A DNA stretch of 63,877 nucleotides, filler included, from Chiloscyllium plagiosum (lineage: Eukaryota): assembly GCF_004010195.1 (NCBI RefSeq). It is 5 parts of one record of this genome, joined end to end, with 100 filler letters (N's around TTAATTAATTAA, not from the genome) between each part and the next. Parts side by side here need not be neighbours in the genome. Positions count along the whole stretch, not along the records: positions 59,640 to 63,877 come from NC_057715.1; 4 more parts are not named here. The stretch is one strand, 5' to 3'. Position 1 is the stretch's first letter. Every line of letters starts with the position of its first letter. The notes beneath the pieces were generated by a model. That model was given only the letters and a program-made list of their open reading frames with translations, did not search any database and had not been told where the DNA came from. The position numbers and the translations under genes were made by a program. This document shows, in pieces, positions 63,057 through 63,877 of the stretch.

Positions 63057-63877
63057 TCGGTGGCATTGCTTGTCAAAGATAGTATTACAGTGGTGGAAAG
63101 GACGATGGATGAGGACTTGCCATCTGAGGTAGTTTGGGCTGAGGTTAGGAATAGGAAAGGTGAGGTCACCCTGTTAGGAGTCTTTTACAGGCCTCCTAAT
63201 AGTCCTAGAATCATTGAAGAAAGGATAGGGAAGGTGATTCAGGAGATAAGTGACAGTAATAGGGTGGTTGTTATGGGGGACTTTAACTTTCCTGATATTG
63301 ATTGGGAAAGCTATAGCTCAAGTTCGATAGATGGGTCAGTGTTTGTTCAATGTGTGCAGGAGAGTTTCCTGACACAATATGTAGACAGGCCAACAAGAGG
63401 TGAGGCCATACTGGATTTGGTTCTGGGTAACGAACCAGGCCAGGTGTTAGAATTAGAGGTAGGTGAGCACTTTGGGGATAGTGACCATAATTCGGTGATT
63501 TTTACTCTCGTGATGGAGAGGGATAAGTGTGTACTACAGGGCAAGAGTTATAGCTGGGGTCAGGGAAATTATGATGCGGTGAGCCATGACTTAGGATGTG
63601 TGGCTTGGAAAAGTAGACTCCAAGGCAAGAATGTAAATGATATGTGGAGCTTGTTCAAGGAGCAACTATTGAGTGTCCTTGATAATTAAGTACCTGTCAG
63701 GCAGGGAGGAAAGGGTCGTGCGAGGGAGACGTGGGTTAATAAGGAATTGGAATCCCTTGTTAAATGGAAGAGGGCGGCCTATCCCAAGATGAGACGTGAA
63801 GGTTCAATTGGGGCGATTGAGAGTTATAGGGTAGCCAGGAAGGACCTGAAGAGAGAGCTAAAAGCAGAAAGGAGGGG
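63057..63877 (+). mobile_element. CR1 ORF2 (APE domain), continuing beyond the window
   Basis: ORF 63048-63689 (VALLVKDS...GVFYRPPNS...MGDFNFPDIDW...PTRGEAILDLVLG...FGDSDHN). Confidence 0.93.

Overview
Repeat-dense vertebrate genomic DNA, almost certainly from a cartilaginous fish (shark): it carries HE1-type V-SINEs, CR1/HER1-type LINEs and Deu-domain SacSINE1-like SINEs. Most of the window is decayed, often nested transposable elements: CR1 LINEs, at least three Penelope-like element (PLE) families with minimal hammerhead-ribozyme motifs, a Gypsy LTR retrotransposon with a nested solo LTR, an L1, an RTE, an L2 tail and Harbinger transposase remnants. The one confidently recognisable host coding sequence is a 97-nt exon of UDP-glucose:glycoprotein glucosyltransferase, most like UGGT2 (42127-42223, +). 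Two or three other orphan exon candidates could not be assigned. The window is five pieces joined by synthetic N44-TTAATTAATTAA-N44 linkers, plus one 500-N gap, so long-range adjacency is not guaranteed. The most unusual structures are: TSD-flanked hairpin PLE derivatives carrying hammerhead motifs; a 286-bp near-perfect fold-back replacing part of the Gypsy RNase H; a 5'-intact, 3'-truncated tail-less L1; and a hidden 20-bp minisatellite split by nested insertions. I see no convincing novel multi-gene system. All family assignments come from reading and translating the sequence by eye, not from database searches, and many TE boundaries are approximate.
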